Positions 40,579 through 49,654 of a stretch of DNA of 64,000 nucleotides are shown piece by piece. The notes under the pieces were generated by a model. It did no database searches. It had not been told where the DNA came from and saw nothing but the letters and a program-made list of their open reading frames with translations. The stretch's first letter is position 1. Each line of letters begins with the position of its first letter. The stretch lies in the sequence record NC_135729.1. One strand, 5' to 3'. The DNA comes from a phage. Both the position numbers and the translations under genes were made by a program.

Positions 40579-41424
40579 TTATGCCAGTGCAGCCTCAAAA
40601 TCTTTCATCATATTTTGGAAAGTTTTTGCCTTACTTAAGGTAACACCGTGCTCTTTGGCGAAGGTTTGGAGTGCATCTTTTGAACCACTTTTGTCATCTT
40701 CGTTGTTAAGAGCTGCGGCCTGCTGCAGTATGGCATCAATATCACTGCGAGAAGATCTTGATTCTTGTGCCTGTTCAGGATCCTGCTCAGTGCCTCCCGG
40801 TGCAGCCGGATCTGGGGATTCTTCACCGTCACCACCAGGTTCAGTAGGACCTACAGGCGGCTCCGGTTCTGGTTCAGGCGGTGGAGCTATCGTAGAAACC
40901 AGTCCAAGATTTACAACCTGAGAACGTTTCTTAGGCCACTCAATGGTGAAAGTTTGGGTATCTTCTTCATAAACAATGTTGCATTGCTCATCGTTTATGG
41001 TCACTTTTTTAGGCATCCCTACAGGGTCCCATAGATGCCCCTCTGCCACGGAAACTTGGAAAGCAGCATCTACCTCTTTAAACACTGACGGGGTGAGGGT
41101 GATATTGACATCCCCGCTTTGCAGTGTTAAAGTGCTTTCATCAAGGTTCTCTGTGAAGAACAGAAGAATAACACCCATACGGATAGTTGAAATACCAGTA
41201 TCAATTGGCAGGCCTGTATGTTTTGCAATCTTCTCAAAGAAGTCTACAATCGTTCTACATGGATAGTGAACACTGCCAATAACGAATTCTGTTGGTGGCA
41301 GCAGGGCTGATAAACCAACATTGATTTCTGGGTTATATTGTGCTAAAAATTGATAAAAACTTAACTGATTGTTGAAAACTCTTAATAGCGGATCATACTC
41401 AACTGGATATACGGCTCTCTTCAC
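40579..41424 (-). CDS. virion protein with Pro/Glu-rich linker (281 aa)
   Basis: Linker PPPEPEPEPPVGPTEPGGDGEESPDPAAPGG; first gene after the capsid-gene terminator. Confidence 0.35.
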   Translation of the reverse strand: MKRAVYPVEYDPLLRVFNNQLSFYQFLAQYNPEINVGLSALLPPTEFVIGSVHYPCRTIVDFFEKIAKHTGLPIDTGISTIRMGVILLFFTENLDESTLTLQSGDVNITLTPSVFKEVDAAFQVSVAEGHLWDPVGMPKKVTINDEQCNIVYEEDTQTFTIEWPKKRSQVVNLGLVSTIAPPPEPEPEPPVGPTEPGGDGEESPDPAAPGGTEQDPEQAQESRSSRSDIDAILQQAAALNNEDDKSGSKDALQTFAKEHGVTLSKAKTFQNMMKDFEAALA

Positions 41425-41443
41425 GGGACACTCCTGTTAAACC

Positions 41444-41480
41444 CTAATAAATAAAAAGGGGAGGGGAGAACCCCCTCCCC
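41444..41480 (-). terminator. strong intrinsic terminator after the major capsid gene
   Basis: Minus-strand hairpin GGGGAGGGGG-ttct-CCCCTCCCC followed by TTTTTATTTATT. Confidence 0.7.
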
Positions 41481-41504
41481 ATATGGGATGAATCACCTTA
41501 GTGA

Positions 41505-42512
41505 TTATTCACCTTTCAGAGTTGCTTTAACAACCAGCTCTGGACGGGTGTTAACTGCCAGCATGGAAGTTTCAGATTCAATCTTCTCTTCACGCAGGTA
41601 TGCAGAGTGTTTATACCACATATACAGTTCCTGTGCTGGGGTATTTGCTTCGTTAACATCATCTGCCGGAGCAAAGTGCAGCTGGAACATCTGATCAATA
41701 CCCATCGGCAGAATGCGAGCTTCTTTCTTAGGAATATTGCCAGAGATATCTTCGATAAAGGTGATACCTTTATGTTCGAACACACGATAAACGCTGTCCT
41801 GACCGCCAGCACCCAGACGACGACGCAGAGGTTCCTGAGCAGAGCCGTAGTAGGTGTATGCCAGTTCTACCAGCGGGTGGTGAGTGATTGCACTGAAGAA
41901 CTCAGGAGAGCACAGAGCCACGATACGGTAGCCAGCAGCGTTGTCACCAGCTTGCAGGGCGATATGCAGACGAGCGTCTTCCAGAACTTCCATCGGGTCC
42001 TGATCTGCTTTCGCTGGATCAATTTCTACAGATTTCTGGGACACACCCCACAGAGTGTAGTAATCATACTGACAGGTGGTGTCACCTGGTGCATAGGATT
42101 TACCCAGAATAGCCTGGAACAGCGCTTTCTCACGCAGTGCTTCATGAGAAACACGGATACGGCGAACAACGCGGGTTACTACGTCCTGAACAGTTTTCGG
42201 AGCATCAGGGGTGAAGTAACGACGGAAGTTCTGAACATCTGCTGCGGTGATGCCTTTGTCCAGAGGGAAGAACGGGATGTTCAGGTTTTTAACCTGAGCA
42301 CGTTCACTACCAACGTAATTACGCTCACCACCACGACGGCGTGCCGGAATGTCGGTTACAACTTCATCAACACGCTCGATCTGAGCAATCGTTGAGGTGC
42401 CGAGACGGGTTTCGAACAGATCCATACCAGTAATCAGTCGGAATTGGCGCGGAACAAGGTCCAGAGTAGCACCTAAATCAACAATGCCAAATTCATCTTT
42501 ACGAGTAATCAT
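41505..42512 (-). CDS. major capsid protein (335 aa)
   Basis: Follows scaffold and a small head protein and is followed by the strongest terminator in the module; size typical for a capsid protein made with a separate scaffold. Confidence 0.6.
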   Translation of the reverse strand: MITRKDEFGIVDLGATLDLVPRQFRLITGMDLFETRLGTSTIAQIERVDEVVTDIPARRRGGERNYVGSERAQVKNLNIPFFPLDKGITAADVQNFRRYFTPDAPKTVQDVVTRVVRRIRVSHEALREKALFQAILGKSYAPGDTTCQYDYYTLWGVSQKSVEIDPAKADQDPMEVLEDARLHIALQAGDNAAGYRIVALCSPEFFSAITHHPLVELAYTYYGSAQEPLRRRLGAGGQDSVYRVFEHKGITFIEDISGNIPKKEARILPMGIDQMFQLHFAPADDVNEANTPAQELYMWYKHSAYLREEKIESETSMLAVNTRPELVVKATLKGE

Positions 42513-42560
42513 TTATTTCTCCAAAGTAAAACTTAAATATTTTCCCGAACAATTTAGGGC

Positions 42561-42950
42561 TTACTCTTCACCAAGAGTCTGGACCTGAACCTTGTTACCC
42601 AGAGCCTCAAGCTTGTCTAACACAGCCTGTTCTGCTTTAGCACCACCAGTTGCCAGCAATTTATCCTTGGCAAAAGTAACACCACGCACAGCAACAACCA
42701 GTTTATATTTCTTTGTGCCAAGAGGTTCAGCGATATGTACTTTACCAGCAGCGTCCGGAATTAAAGCACGATCCACCAGAACGCCATAGGCGTCTGAACC
42801 GTCCTGATTGGCAATGCTACCATCTTTGGTCACAACCGTGCCAGCATGATGGTGCTCTGTCAGTGTAATTTCCATCTCTTTAAAATTGTAGCCAGCATCG
42901 CTAGAATCAACTTTGCCGAGCACGATATCAGAATATTGAGCGGTAATCAT
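42561..42950 (-). CDS. head decoration / auxiliary capsid protein (129 aa)
   Basis: Small protein between scaffold and capsid genes; position-based. Confidence 0.35.
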   Translation of the reverse strand: MITAQYSDIVLGKVDSSDAGYNFKEMEITLTEHHHAGTVVTKDGSIANQDGSDAYGVLVDRALIPDAAGKVHIAEPLGTKKYKLVVAVRGVTFAKDKLLATGGAKAEQAVLDKLEALGNKVQVQTLGEE

Positions 42951-42970
42951 TTATTTCCCCCGTTAATGTC

Positions 42971-43948
42971 TTATTTGTTAGATTCTGCACGTGCACGAGC
43001 AAGTGCTTTTGCAACGTTTTCAGCAAGAATTTCTTCTGCGGATTTTGCAATATCATCCACAACAGGTTCGCCATCATTACCATGTTCAGTGGTGGCAAAC
43101 TCTTCTTTAGTTTTATGCACCTCTGCTTCCAGCTCTTCAATTTTTGCTTGAGCTTTCTCCAGCATAGCTACGATAGGTTCGTTAGCTTTTTCCAGCATGA
43201 AGTCAACCAGTGTTGCGTGATCTTCTTCACCAACAAAGCTTAAAGCTTGAGCCTTAGTCAGCATTTTAGCTTTTTCAACTTCAACCTGGGCCTTGATGAT
43301 TTCTTCAGCTTTACTCTGGGTTGCTTTCAGCTCTTCTACTTGCTTCAGCAGATCCAGATACTCTTTAGTTTTGGTTACGTCCACCGGATTCTCCTCGGTA
43401 TTTGCGGATTTTGCAACATCATCCACCTCGGTAGTTTTATCCACCTCAGCAGGTTCCTGTACCGCCTTGATCAGGTTCCCTTCTTTATCGAAGAGATCAG
43501 CGGTTACTTGTTCAAAAATCTGTTGTGTTTTTAACAGACTGTACTGATCTACCACACTAAGCTGCTTGCCTTCTTTTGCAGCCTTATGAATGGTCACGTT
43601 ATCACAACGCTCTTCCAGCCATGCAATACAAGACTCTGCGTCAGCTTGCGCCCATTCCCAATCAGGATGCTCTTTAGCCCAAGCCTCCTCTTCAATCTCA
43701 AAACCAAGCATGTGTGCAAGTGCTTTAGCATCATCATACCACATATCGAAGAAACGACGCAGGTATTCTTCAAAACTAAGCTCCACAGTAACTTGGCGAA
43801 GTGCCTTAACAATATCGTCTGTTAACTGCTCAGGCTTAAGATCACTCTTCATCAAAAGAGATACAGGTCTGTTGTTAGCGCTATAGCCTTGCGCCTTGTG
43901 GCACAGGGCAATCCCCTTCTCTTTAATAGTAATCGTTTTTTCAGACAT
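42971..43948 (-). CDS. capsid scaffolding protein (325 aa)
   Basis: Highly acidic, Ala/Glu/Lys-rich predicted coiled coil; located between protease and capsid genes. Confidence 0.55.
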   Translation of the reverse strand: MSEKTITIKEKGIALCHKAQGYSANNRPVSLLMKSDLKPEQLTDDIVKALRQVTVELSFEEYLRRFFDMWYDDAKALAHMLGFEIEEEAWAKEHPDWEWAQADAESCIAWLEERCDNVTIHKAAKEGKQLSVVDQYSLLKTQQIFEQVTADLFDKEGNLIKAVQEPAEVDKTTEVDDVAKSANTEENPVDVTKTKEYLDLLKQVEELKATQSKAEEIIKAQVEVEKAKMLTKAQALSFVGEEDHATLVDFMLEKANEPIVAMLEKAQAKIEELEAEVHKTKEEFATTEHGNDGEPVVDDIAKSAEEILAENVAKALARARAESNK

Positions 43949-44370
43949 TATTCATTGCCCTCTTCTACAACACTGATCCCGAAGTTTACGTTGGTAATTT
44001 CACCAGTTTCTTCATCAACATTACCTGTTGCCTGAATGCTTAGGCCACCAACAATGCCAGCCTTCTTAGCTTCCCATAGTTCAGGATTATTGTATTTAAC
44101 TTTAGCAACCCAAGAGCCAGCCTTGATGACCTGCTCAGTGCCAATTACTACAACATCAAACTCTTCTTGAATCCACGTCTTTTCAATGGTGAAAGCATCT
44201 GTAGAGGTCAAGTGGAAAAGGTTCTCAGAAACTAGGCCTGCGGCGTATGCTGCGTCCCAGTTATCTTTGGCCTTTTTGATGGTGTCTTTACTCATCCACT
44301 CACCGTGAGCATCTTTAGTGTCAGGTTCGTAGATGATTTCGTAGGAAATCATTTCTTCCTGTGGCATCTT
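43948..44370 (-). CDS. prohead protease (XkdF/U9-like)
   Basis: Track ORF is 43948..44523, but that start overlaps the portal gene by 88 nt; the internal ATG at 44370 is preceded by GGGGA and keeps the YEPDTKDAHGEWMSKDTIKKAKDNW region. Confidence 0.4.
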   Translation of the reverse strand, partial: KMPQEEMISYEIIYEPDTKDAHGEWMSKDTIKKAKDNWDAAYAAGLVSENLFHLTSTDAFTIEKTWIQEEFDVVVIGTEQVIKAGSWVAKVKYNNPELWEAKKAGIVGGLSIQATGNVDEETGEITNVNFGISVVEEGNE

Positions 44371-44434
44371 ATTCCCCATGTGGATTATTTTATCACGCCA
44401 AAGGAGGTTTTGCAACCCCCTGTGTTGATAATTT

Positions 44435-45991
44435 TTAATTTTCCATGTTGGATATGGAATTATCTCTGGTTGATGACATCTTAGAAGTGCCGTTGCCAGT
44501 GGATCCTGCAGCCATTCCATCACCAGCCCTACTGATGTCCTGGCCCAAGAGCTTCATCAGCTCTTCCTGATCCATGTCCTCGTCAAATCTTTCATCAAAC
44601 CCGCCTACTTCAAGAATCTTATTAATTACTGCAGGAGTTTTTGGCAAGTAACCTACAGCACCGATCCTCTGGACAAACTTGGAGAAGCTCTCCATGTCCA
44701 CCTCTTCAATCAGACCAGGTTTCAGTTTAGGCATATCATCATCTTCAAGGATGATACCATTCAATGCCAGAAGCTGTGGAATAAGATCTTTATTGAAGGC
44801 CTCAGTGATAATATCTATATCACGCTGAACAAAATGACCATGGATAGACTGTTTTGACTCAGACAGAGAGAAGGATCCAACGTTATCGTTACCGAGGTTA
44901 ATAAAGCCAGCACCGAAACGGTCAAGAATCGCCTTCTTACGGGCATCAATCAAATCTTTAGTGGAATACTGCTTACCCATACCGTCAACCCCCTTCAGGG
45001 TCATGGAGTAAAGCTCTTTACCAGACTTATCTCTGTCAGACGGAAGTATAAAGAAACTTTGCTCACCACTATGGGCGTTTGCTGCGTCAAGCATAAGGTC
45101 TGCAACCATTCTCCCTTCCATTGAATTCGGGTCAATGCTGGCCTTGTTCAAAATATTGGAAGGAATTTTCAGCTCAAGCACACCACCAAGGTCTTTGGAA
45201 CAGCCAACAACCTCAAGGTTTTCAATCAGAACTTTCTCACGGAAAGATCTGTAGCAACCTATCATCGGTGACACACCTGCAGGGTTAGATTCTGTTCCTG
45301 ACAGGGTCATGAGCATAAGCTTTTTAGCAGGGATGAAAATTTCAGGCTCATTAAAGCCTTTTGAAGGCATTGCAGCAAGAGGTCCAGCCCAGCGTGCATT
45401 CTGAGTGTTTAGAAATGCATTAGGTGACTGATAAATACCTGTCAGTGTTCTACTATTCTTGTCAAAAACAAACGGCTCTGATCTGGACAAACTAGCCTGA
45501 GGTCGGAATGCAATTTTATCAATAAGAAGCATCCCGGCATATTTACCTTCTCTCTCTCTGCGGTATACTTTCTCAAACAGTGAAAAACCATACTCGTTAA
45601 AGGTAGCTGCGCTTCTTGCAATATCTCGAAGAGTTTGTTGGTTTGCCAAATTACGCAAAGAATACTCTATAAGCTCGGCAGCTTTCTTAGAGTCTTCACT
45701 TTTAACATTATAAAGGATCTTAAAATCATTAAATGCTTTCGTGATGAAAACATATTTTGTATCTAAGGCAGTAGCAACTGTGGAATCACATTTCATAGTC
45801 TCCACTGTAGCAATCAGCTGAGGCCAACGCAATTCCTCAACCATCATAGATTGCGACTCTGCCATAATTTGGGAAAGTGCGCCAGAACCGATCTCACTCA
45901 TACGAACATTATGAGTTGGTGCGCCTGCGTTCCCAGATTTATTCACAGTTTTGGCTGTGGCGTTGTGTTTCCTGCGGTTCTTTTTGGACAC
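44435..45991 (-). CDS. portal protein (518 aa)
   Basis: About-58-kDa protein between the terminase large subunit and the protease/scaffold genes; position-based. Confidence 0.6.
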   Translation of the reverse strand: MSKKNRRKHNATAKTVNKSGNAGAPTHNVRMSEIGSGALSQIMAESQSMMVEELRWPQLIATVETMKCDSTVATALDTKYVFITKAFNDFKILYNVKSEDSKKAAELIEYSLRNLANQQTLRDIARSAATFNEYGFSLFEKVYRREREGKYAGMLLIDKIAFRPQASLSRSEPFVFDKNSRTLTGIYQSPNAFLNTQNARWAGPLAAMPSKGFNEPEIFIPAKKLMLMTLSGTESNPAGVSPMIGCYRSFREKVLIENLEVVGCSKDLGGVLELKIPSNILNKASIDPNSMEGRMVADLMLDAANAHSGEQSFFILPSDRDKSGKELYSMTLKGVDGMGKQYSTKDLIDARKKAILDRFGAGFINLGNDNVGSFSLSESKQSIHGHFVQRDIDIITEAFNKDLIPQLLALNGIILEDDDMPKLKPGLIEEVDMESFSKFVQRIGAVGYLPKTPAVINKILEVGGFDERFDEDMDQEELMKLLGQDISRAGDGMAAGSTGNGTSKMSSTRDNSISNMEN

Positions 45992-46093
45992 AAGCTTTAC
46001 CCCTCAAAACAGTATAACAAAATAGCCCTCGTGTTAGAGGGCTAGTATCTCCGATTACTCTATTCTACCACATCTAATTAAGATTGGCAACAC

Positions 46094-47641
46094 TTAGATA
46101 AAACGCTTGAACATAGAAGGTGATGAGATTGATGGAATCACACAAGGAAGTGCTACCTCCTCTTTCTCCAGGAAATTAATCGCAGAAGCTACACAGTCGG
46201 CCCAGTCGTCTTTCCTGTTAAATGTTGATCTTTCCCCGTTGAATTTTTCAAGTTCAGTCAGAAATGCTTCCAGAGTATCAGGATGGAAACTGGATTTTAC
46301 AATCCTAACCATTCCTTGTTGGGCAAGATTGGCAAAAGGTGAGAACCTTGTCAGTTTAGATTTGTTGGAAGGCATTGGGTCTTCTTCAACCCTAAACCCT
46401 TCGGCGAGCAAGGATCTGGAGGATGTTAAGAACTCACTCTTACCTGCCTGACCGGGGTCCACAGAGAATACGATTATACAATCATCACCATCAAACTGCG
46501 CCTGTTTCCTGATGATCACATCTCGTTCACCAGCCTTTTTACAGAACTTGCCTTCCAGACCTGTGGAATACCTCCCGTCATCCACGTTCTCAGGACAATA
46601 ATCACCGGACAGGTAATAAAAGCCGTCGCTATCTTTACTTACCTTAACACTGGCGGTAAAGTCAGGAAATTTATTACCGGAAGTTCTCTCGGTTCCTGCC
46701 TTATCCCATGCCCTGCAAGATACTGATCCAAGGGGTACTCTATCGGCATCACGAAGGAAAGATCTTTGAAAATAGTTTGCACCCTCAGGCTTTGCAAACC
46801 AGTTGCCATGAAGAAGCTGGGCTTTTTCAAGCTCGGGCAGACCTTCAAGAAAAGCAAGGTATTCTGGGTTGTCTCTCAAGCAGACAGGATTATCGAAGAT
46901 TGTTGCGCCTATAAACGAGAATGACAACGGTCTTGGCTTGATCTCCACACCCAGTCCGTTAACCGTGGTGTATTTCTCTATCAACTCTTCTTTAGAGTCT
47001 CCCCAGATAAATTCACCGTCGCGTCGGATAAAATATCTTTTCTTACCGCATTTCTCCGGATCTGGATACCCTTCATCGTCCAACCACCATCTAACCAGTT
47101 TGGCAAGCATGTGTTCTGAATCTGGGTTACAGCTGATAACCATTCTTGATGGATACTTTGACTGAGATCGCAGACGAGACATCAGATAGTCTATCTGCTC
47201 CCATTCGAACTGCGTTCCCTCATCGAAGCAAACCATGGTGTACTCAAGCCCTTGATGGTTAAGCTTATCTTGTACATACTCCATGTGGCAGTATTTTACA
47301 ACAGCTCCCTTTTTGCTCCTATCCCACTTGCCAGTGTTCGGATCAAACCGTGGAAAAATGAACTTATGATCCTTCTCTCTGAACTTTGGCTTAATGTTTT
47401 CAGGCAGATCACTATAAATAGCTACTGCTTTAGGCCATAGTCCACCCTCACCTTCCAACTGTGGGGTTGTTCTTCGGAACATAACCACAGAGCTGTGGGG
47501 GTCATCAATAATTTTAAGTGGCATCAACTGCAAGAGGAACGACTTGCCAGACCCTGCGGCACCGCCGATTACCAAAATATCTGCATCGTTTTCTAGGATC
47601 ATCTTCTGCTTTTCAGAACACGGTCCGTAAATCTTAGACAT
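46094..47641 (-). CDS. terminase large subunit (515 aa)
   Basis: N-terminal Walker A (VIGGAAGSGKS) and Walker B-like (MVCFDEGTQ) ATPase motifs, followed by an Asp-rich nuclease-like C-terminal half. Confidence 0.8.
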   Translation of the reverse strand: MSKIYGPCSEKQKMILENDADILVIGGAAGSGKSFLLQLMPLKIIDDPHSSVVMFRRTTPQLEGEGGLWPKAVAIYSDLPENIKPKFREKDHKFIFPRFDPNTGKWDRSKKGAVVKYCHMEYVQDKLNHQGLEYTMVCFDEGTQFEWEQIDYLMSRLRSQSKYPSRMVISCNPDSEHMLAKLVRWWLDDEGYPDPEKCGKKRYFIRRDGEFIWGDSKEELIEKYTTVNGLGVEIKPRPLSFSFIGATIFDNPVCLRDNPEYLAFLEGLPELEKAQLLHGNWFAKPEGANYFQRSFLRDADRVPLGSVSCRAWDKAGTERTSGNKFPDFTASVKVSKDSDGFYYLSGDYCPENVDDGRYSTGLEGKFCKKAGERDVIIRKQAQFDGDDCIIVFSVDPGQAGKSEFLTSSRSLLAEGFRVEEDPMPSNKSKLTRFSPFANLAQQGMVRIVKSSFHPDTLEAFLTELEKFNGERSTFNRKDDWADCVASAINFLEKEEVALPCVIPSISSPSMFKRFI

Positions 47642-47928
47642 TAACCTCTCTCCTTTGGAAACAGTGTTCTAATATAGTCTTGCAAAATGATCAATTTAGC
47701 TCTATCATTGCTACAAGACAGATTATTATCCCTCATAATGCCAGAGTTCACTGCATCTGGCGCACCTTTCTTCAAAGGCATAGCTTTAGCAGGTGGTTTC
47801 ATGGCACCTTCTGGGGGTTTAACAATCAACCTTCCTACATCTGGAGGGTCAATCTTGTATTCTTTCTCAACACTGGTTGCACACCCACATAATAACAAGC
47901 ACGCAATAAACAGTGTGGCAACTCTCAT
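47641..47928 (-). CDS. o-spanin (outer-membrane lipoprotein, Rz1-like)
   Basis: Signal peptide with lipobox-like LLLCGC, then a Pro-rich segment (KPPEGAMKPPAKAMP); 4-nt overlap with the upstream i-spanin gene. Confidence 0.55.
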   Translation of the reverse strand: MRVATLFIACLLLCGCATSVEKEYKIDPPDVGRLIVKPPEGAMKPPAKAMPLKKGAPDAVNSGIMRDNNLSCSNDRAKLIILQDYIRTLFPKERG

Positions 47929-48323
47929 CGATCCTCCTGATTGATACTCTCATTATAAATATCTATAAGCTGATCAGGAAGTGTTGACTTCTTACCTTCA
48001 GGTGATTGGAGGTAGATAATCTGCTTTTCTCTACCTGCCCTCTCAGCTATATTTAATTTATCCTGCAAATCAGAAAGAGATTTTTCAAGGTTTTTAACCT
48101 CCTCTGCGTGGCCCATTTTAATTTTGTCGGCCTGCTTTTGTTGCTGATCAAGGATCCGTTCCCACTTTAACTCTGTTGCTGACACACCCTCTTGGTAGGC
48201 ATCATTAAGCTTAGAGTTAAACCAATACACGGCCCCAAGATAAGCTGCACCTATAGCCGCTGCAAAAACTAAACCTTTTATGATCCCTCTATACCTACTC
48301 AGCCATGTTAAACCTGAAATCAT
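47925..48323 (-). CDS. i-spanin (inner-membrane, Rz-like)
   Basis: N-terminal transmembrane helix (GLVFAAAIGAAYLGAVYWF) followed by a charged coiled coil; paired with the o-spanin. Confidence 0.55.
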   Translation of the reverse strand: MISGLTWLSRYRGIIKGLVFAAAIGAAYLGAVYWFNSKLNDAYQEGVSATELKWERILDQQQKQADKIKMGHAEEVKNLEKSLSDLQDKLNIAERAGREKQIIYLQSPEGKKSTLPDQLIDIYNESINQEDR

Positions 48324-48338
48324 TTTAAGGCTCCAGAA

Positions 48339-48376
48339 ACGAAAAAACCCCGCAGCTATACAGCTAACGGGGCGGG
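48339..48376 (-). terminator. intrinsic terminator upstream of the spanin genes
   Basis: Minus-strand GC hairpin (CCCGCCCCG...CGGGG) followed by TTTTTTCG. Confidence 0.5.
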
Positions 48377-48428
48377 TTAAAATTGAGTAACCTAAATAGA
48401 TCGAAACTAACTAAAAGGAGACTAATAC

Positions 48429-48698
48429 TTATCGAGGCACTCGGTGGATGATTCTAACAGTAACTGCATTTTCATTCATCAAGTATGCATCTACATCTCT
48501 GTAAATATAAAACTTCTGCTCACTATCAACAACACAAGCTACCGCCCCTTCAGAGTTGTCTTCAAAAAAGACCACCACTGCATCGCAGCTGAGTTCATGA
48601 TATGACTCTCGAAGATTTACAGCCAGAGGATTGAAATCGTCACGAAAATCTACGGTATGGGTTGGATTTACACGCTCTACAATTTTAAGTGTATACAT
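48429..48698 (-). CDS. hypothetical protein (89 aa)
   Basis: Track ORF start (48788) would overlap tRNA-Pro; the internal ATG at 48698 (MYTLKIVERV...) with AAAGGAACC upstream is the likely start. Confidence 0.4.
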   Translation of the reverse strand: MYTLKIVERVNPTHTVDFRDDFNPLAVNLRESYHELSCDAVVVFFEDNSEGAVACVVDSEQKFYIYRDVDAYLMNENAVTVRIIHRVPR

Positions 48699-48744
48699 TT
48701 TAAAGGTTCCTTTTGTTTGTATATGTTTAAAGTATAACTGAAAG

Positions 48745-48821
48745 TGGTCTCCACGGAGTGATTCGAACACTCGACCTCCTGATCCCAAATCAGGCGCTCT
48801 ACCAAGCTGAGCTACGCGGAG
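48745..48821 (-). tRNA. tRNA-Pro (anticodon UGG)
   Basis: Manual fold: acceptor CTCCGCG/CGTGGAG, U8, D-loop AGCTTGGTA, anticodon stem CCTGA/TCAGG with loop TTTGGGA, T-arm GAGTG-TTCGAAT-CACTC, CCA encoded. Confidence 0.8.
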
Positions 48822-48832
48822 TATCTACTATT

Positions 48833-48907
48833 TGGTGGCCCTGGGTGGAATTGAACCACCGTCTGGCGATTATGAGTCGCTTGCTTGAACCTTCCAGCTA
48901 CAGGGCC
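48833..48907 (-). tRNA. tRNA-Met (anticodon CAU; elongator or lysidine-Ile2 not distinguishable)
   Basis: Manual fold: acceptor GGCCCTG/CAGGGCC, anticodon loop CTCATAA, T-arm GGTGG-TTCAATT-CCACC, CCA encoded. Confidence 0.7.
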
Positions 48908-48908
48908 A

Positions 48909-48984
48909 TGGTGCTGATGGCAGGACTTGAACCCGCAACCTATTGATTACAAATCAATTGCACTACCAATTGTGCTACATCAGC
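48909..48984 (-). tRNA. tRNA-Thr (anticodon UGU)
   Basis: Manual fold: acceptor GCTGATG/CATCAGC, D-arm GCAC-AATTGGTA-GTGC, anticodon stem ATTGA/TCAAT with loop TTTGTAA, T-arm GCGGG-TTCAAGT-CCTGC, CCA encoded; 1 nt from tRNA-Met. Confidence 0.8.
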
Positions 48985-48989
48985 AAAAA

Positions 48990-49088
48990 GGTGCTAGGCG
49001 GTGGAATCGAACCACCTATGTATTCAACGACTACCTCGTCTATTTTCAGGATTAAAAATCCTCGCCCTTGCCAAAGGGCTTACCTAGC
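48990..49088 (-). ncRNA. atypical 99-nt tRNA-like element (anticodon uncertain)
   Basis: Good acceptor stem (GCTAGGT/GCCTAGC), D-arm (GCCC-TTTGGCAA-GGGC) and canonical T-arm (GGTGG-TTCGATT-CCACC), but a 4-bp anticodon-type hairpin (AGGA-TTTTTAA-TCCT) and about 31 nt before the T-arm; 3' end ACC. Confidence 0.4.
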
Positions 49089-49186
49089 TCAATATGTTGA
49101 CCATGTTGCTAGTCGGCGATGACGACTGTAACATTTGATAATCCGGTTCTGCTTCCGGCTTTCGCTTAATTGCAAGGTCAACAATG

Positions 49187-49277
49187 TGGCGGAGAGTAAT
49201 GGAATCGAACCATCATCGAGTCATCCTCAACGGGACGGTTTTCAAGACCGCTTGAGCACCATTGCTCCCTACCCTCC
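49187..49277 (-). tRNA. tRNA-Ser (anticodon UGA), type II
   Basis: Manual fold: acceptor GGAGGGT/ACTCTCC, anticodon stem GCGGT/ACCGT with loop CTTGAAA, long variable arm, T-loop TTCGATT, CCA encoded. Confidence 0.75.
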
Positions 49278-49391
49278 TTTATAAATTATACTGATAATGA
49301 CACTGATTTTCGAGCAGTTAGTGACTAGTATAAACGACGATAAATATCAATGCCATTATCTGTATTATTTATGCATCTAAAAAATATAAAT

Positions 49392-49478
49392 TTGGTGGGG
49401 AGTGGTGGAGTCGAACCACCCGAGTCGCAATGACAATAGATTTACAGTCTACACCGCTACCTCTACGGGATAACTCCC
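49392..49478 (-). tRNA. tRNA-Tyr (anticodon GUA), type II
   Basis: Manual fold: acceptor GGGGAGT/ACTCCCC, anticodon stem with loop CTGTAAA, long variable arm, T-arm GGTGG-TTCGACT-CCACC, CCA encoded. Confidence 0.75.
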
Positions 49479-49482
49479 CAAT

Positions 49483-49557
49483 TTGGCACCCCGTACTGGA
49501 CTCGAACCAGTGTCAACGGCTTAGAAGGCCGCTGCTTTATCCACTAAGCTAACAGGG
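49483..49557 (-). tRNA. tRNA-Arg (anticodon UCU)
   Basis: Manual fold: acceptor GCCCTGT/ACGGGGT (two G-U pairs), D-arm GCTT-AGTGGATA-AAGC, anticodon stem GCGGC/GCCGT with loop CTTCTAA, T-loop TTCGAGT, CCA encoded. Confidence 0.75.
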
Positions 49558-49654
49558 CACTGGGTGGCTTTCTTTTACACCTTAGCCGCCAGAAAAGGTG
49601 GGAGACCATGTTTACAATATTACACTGTTAAGCAAAGTTTGTCAAGAAAATATT

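Noticed and set aside
41607-42395. 262-aa plus-strand ORF antisense to the major capsid gene
   Set aside because: Fully embedded opposite a structural gene with a strong downstream terminator; unusual Cys/Phe-rich composition. Shadow ORF.
43948-44523. Track start of the prohead protease ORF at 44523
   Set aside because: It would overlap the portal gene by 88 nt in another frame; the internal ATG at 44370 has a ribosome-binding-like GGGGA and preserves the conserved protease-like region. The upstream start cannot be excluded without homolog alignment.
48990-49088. Calling the atypical element tRNA-Lys(UUU)
   Set aside because: A 4-bp anticodon stem and a roughly 31-nt pre-T-arm region do not fit type I or type II tRNA architecture. 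Kept as a tRNA-like RNA of uncertain identity.
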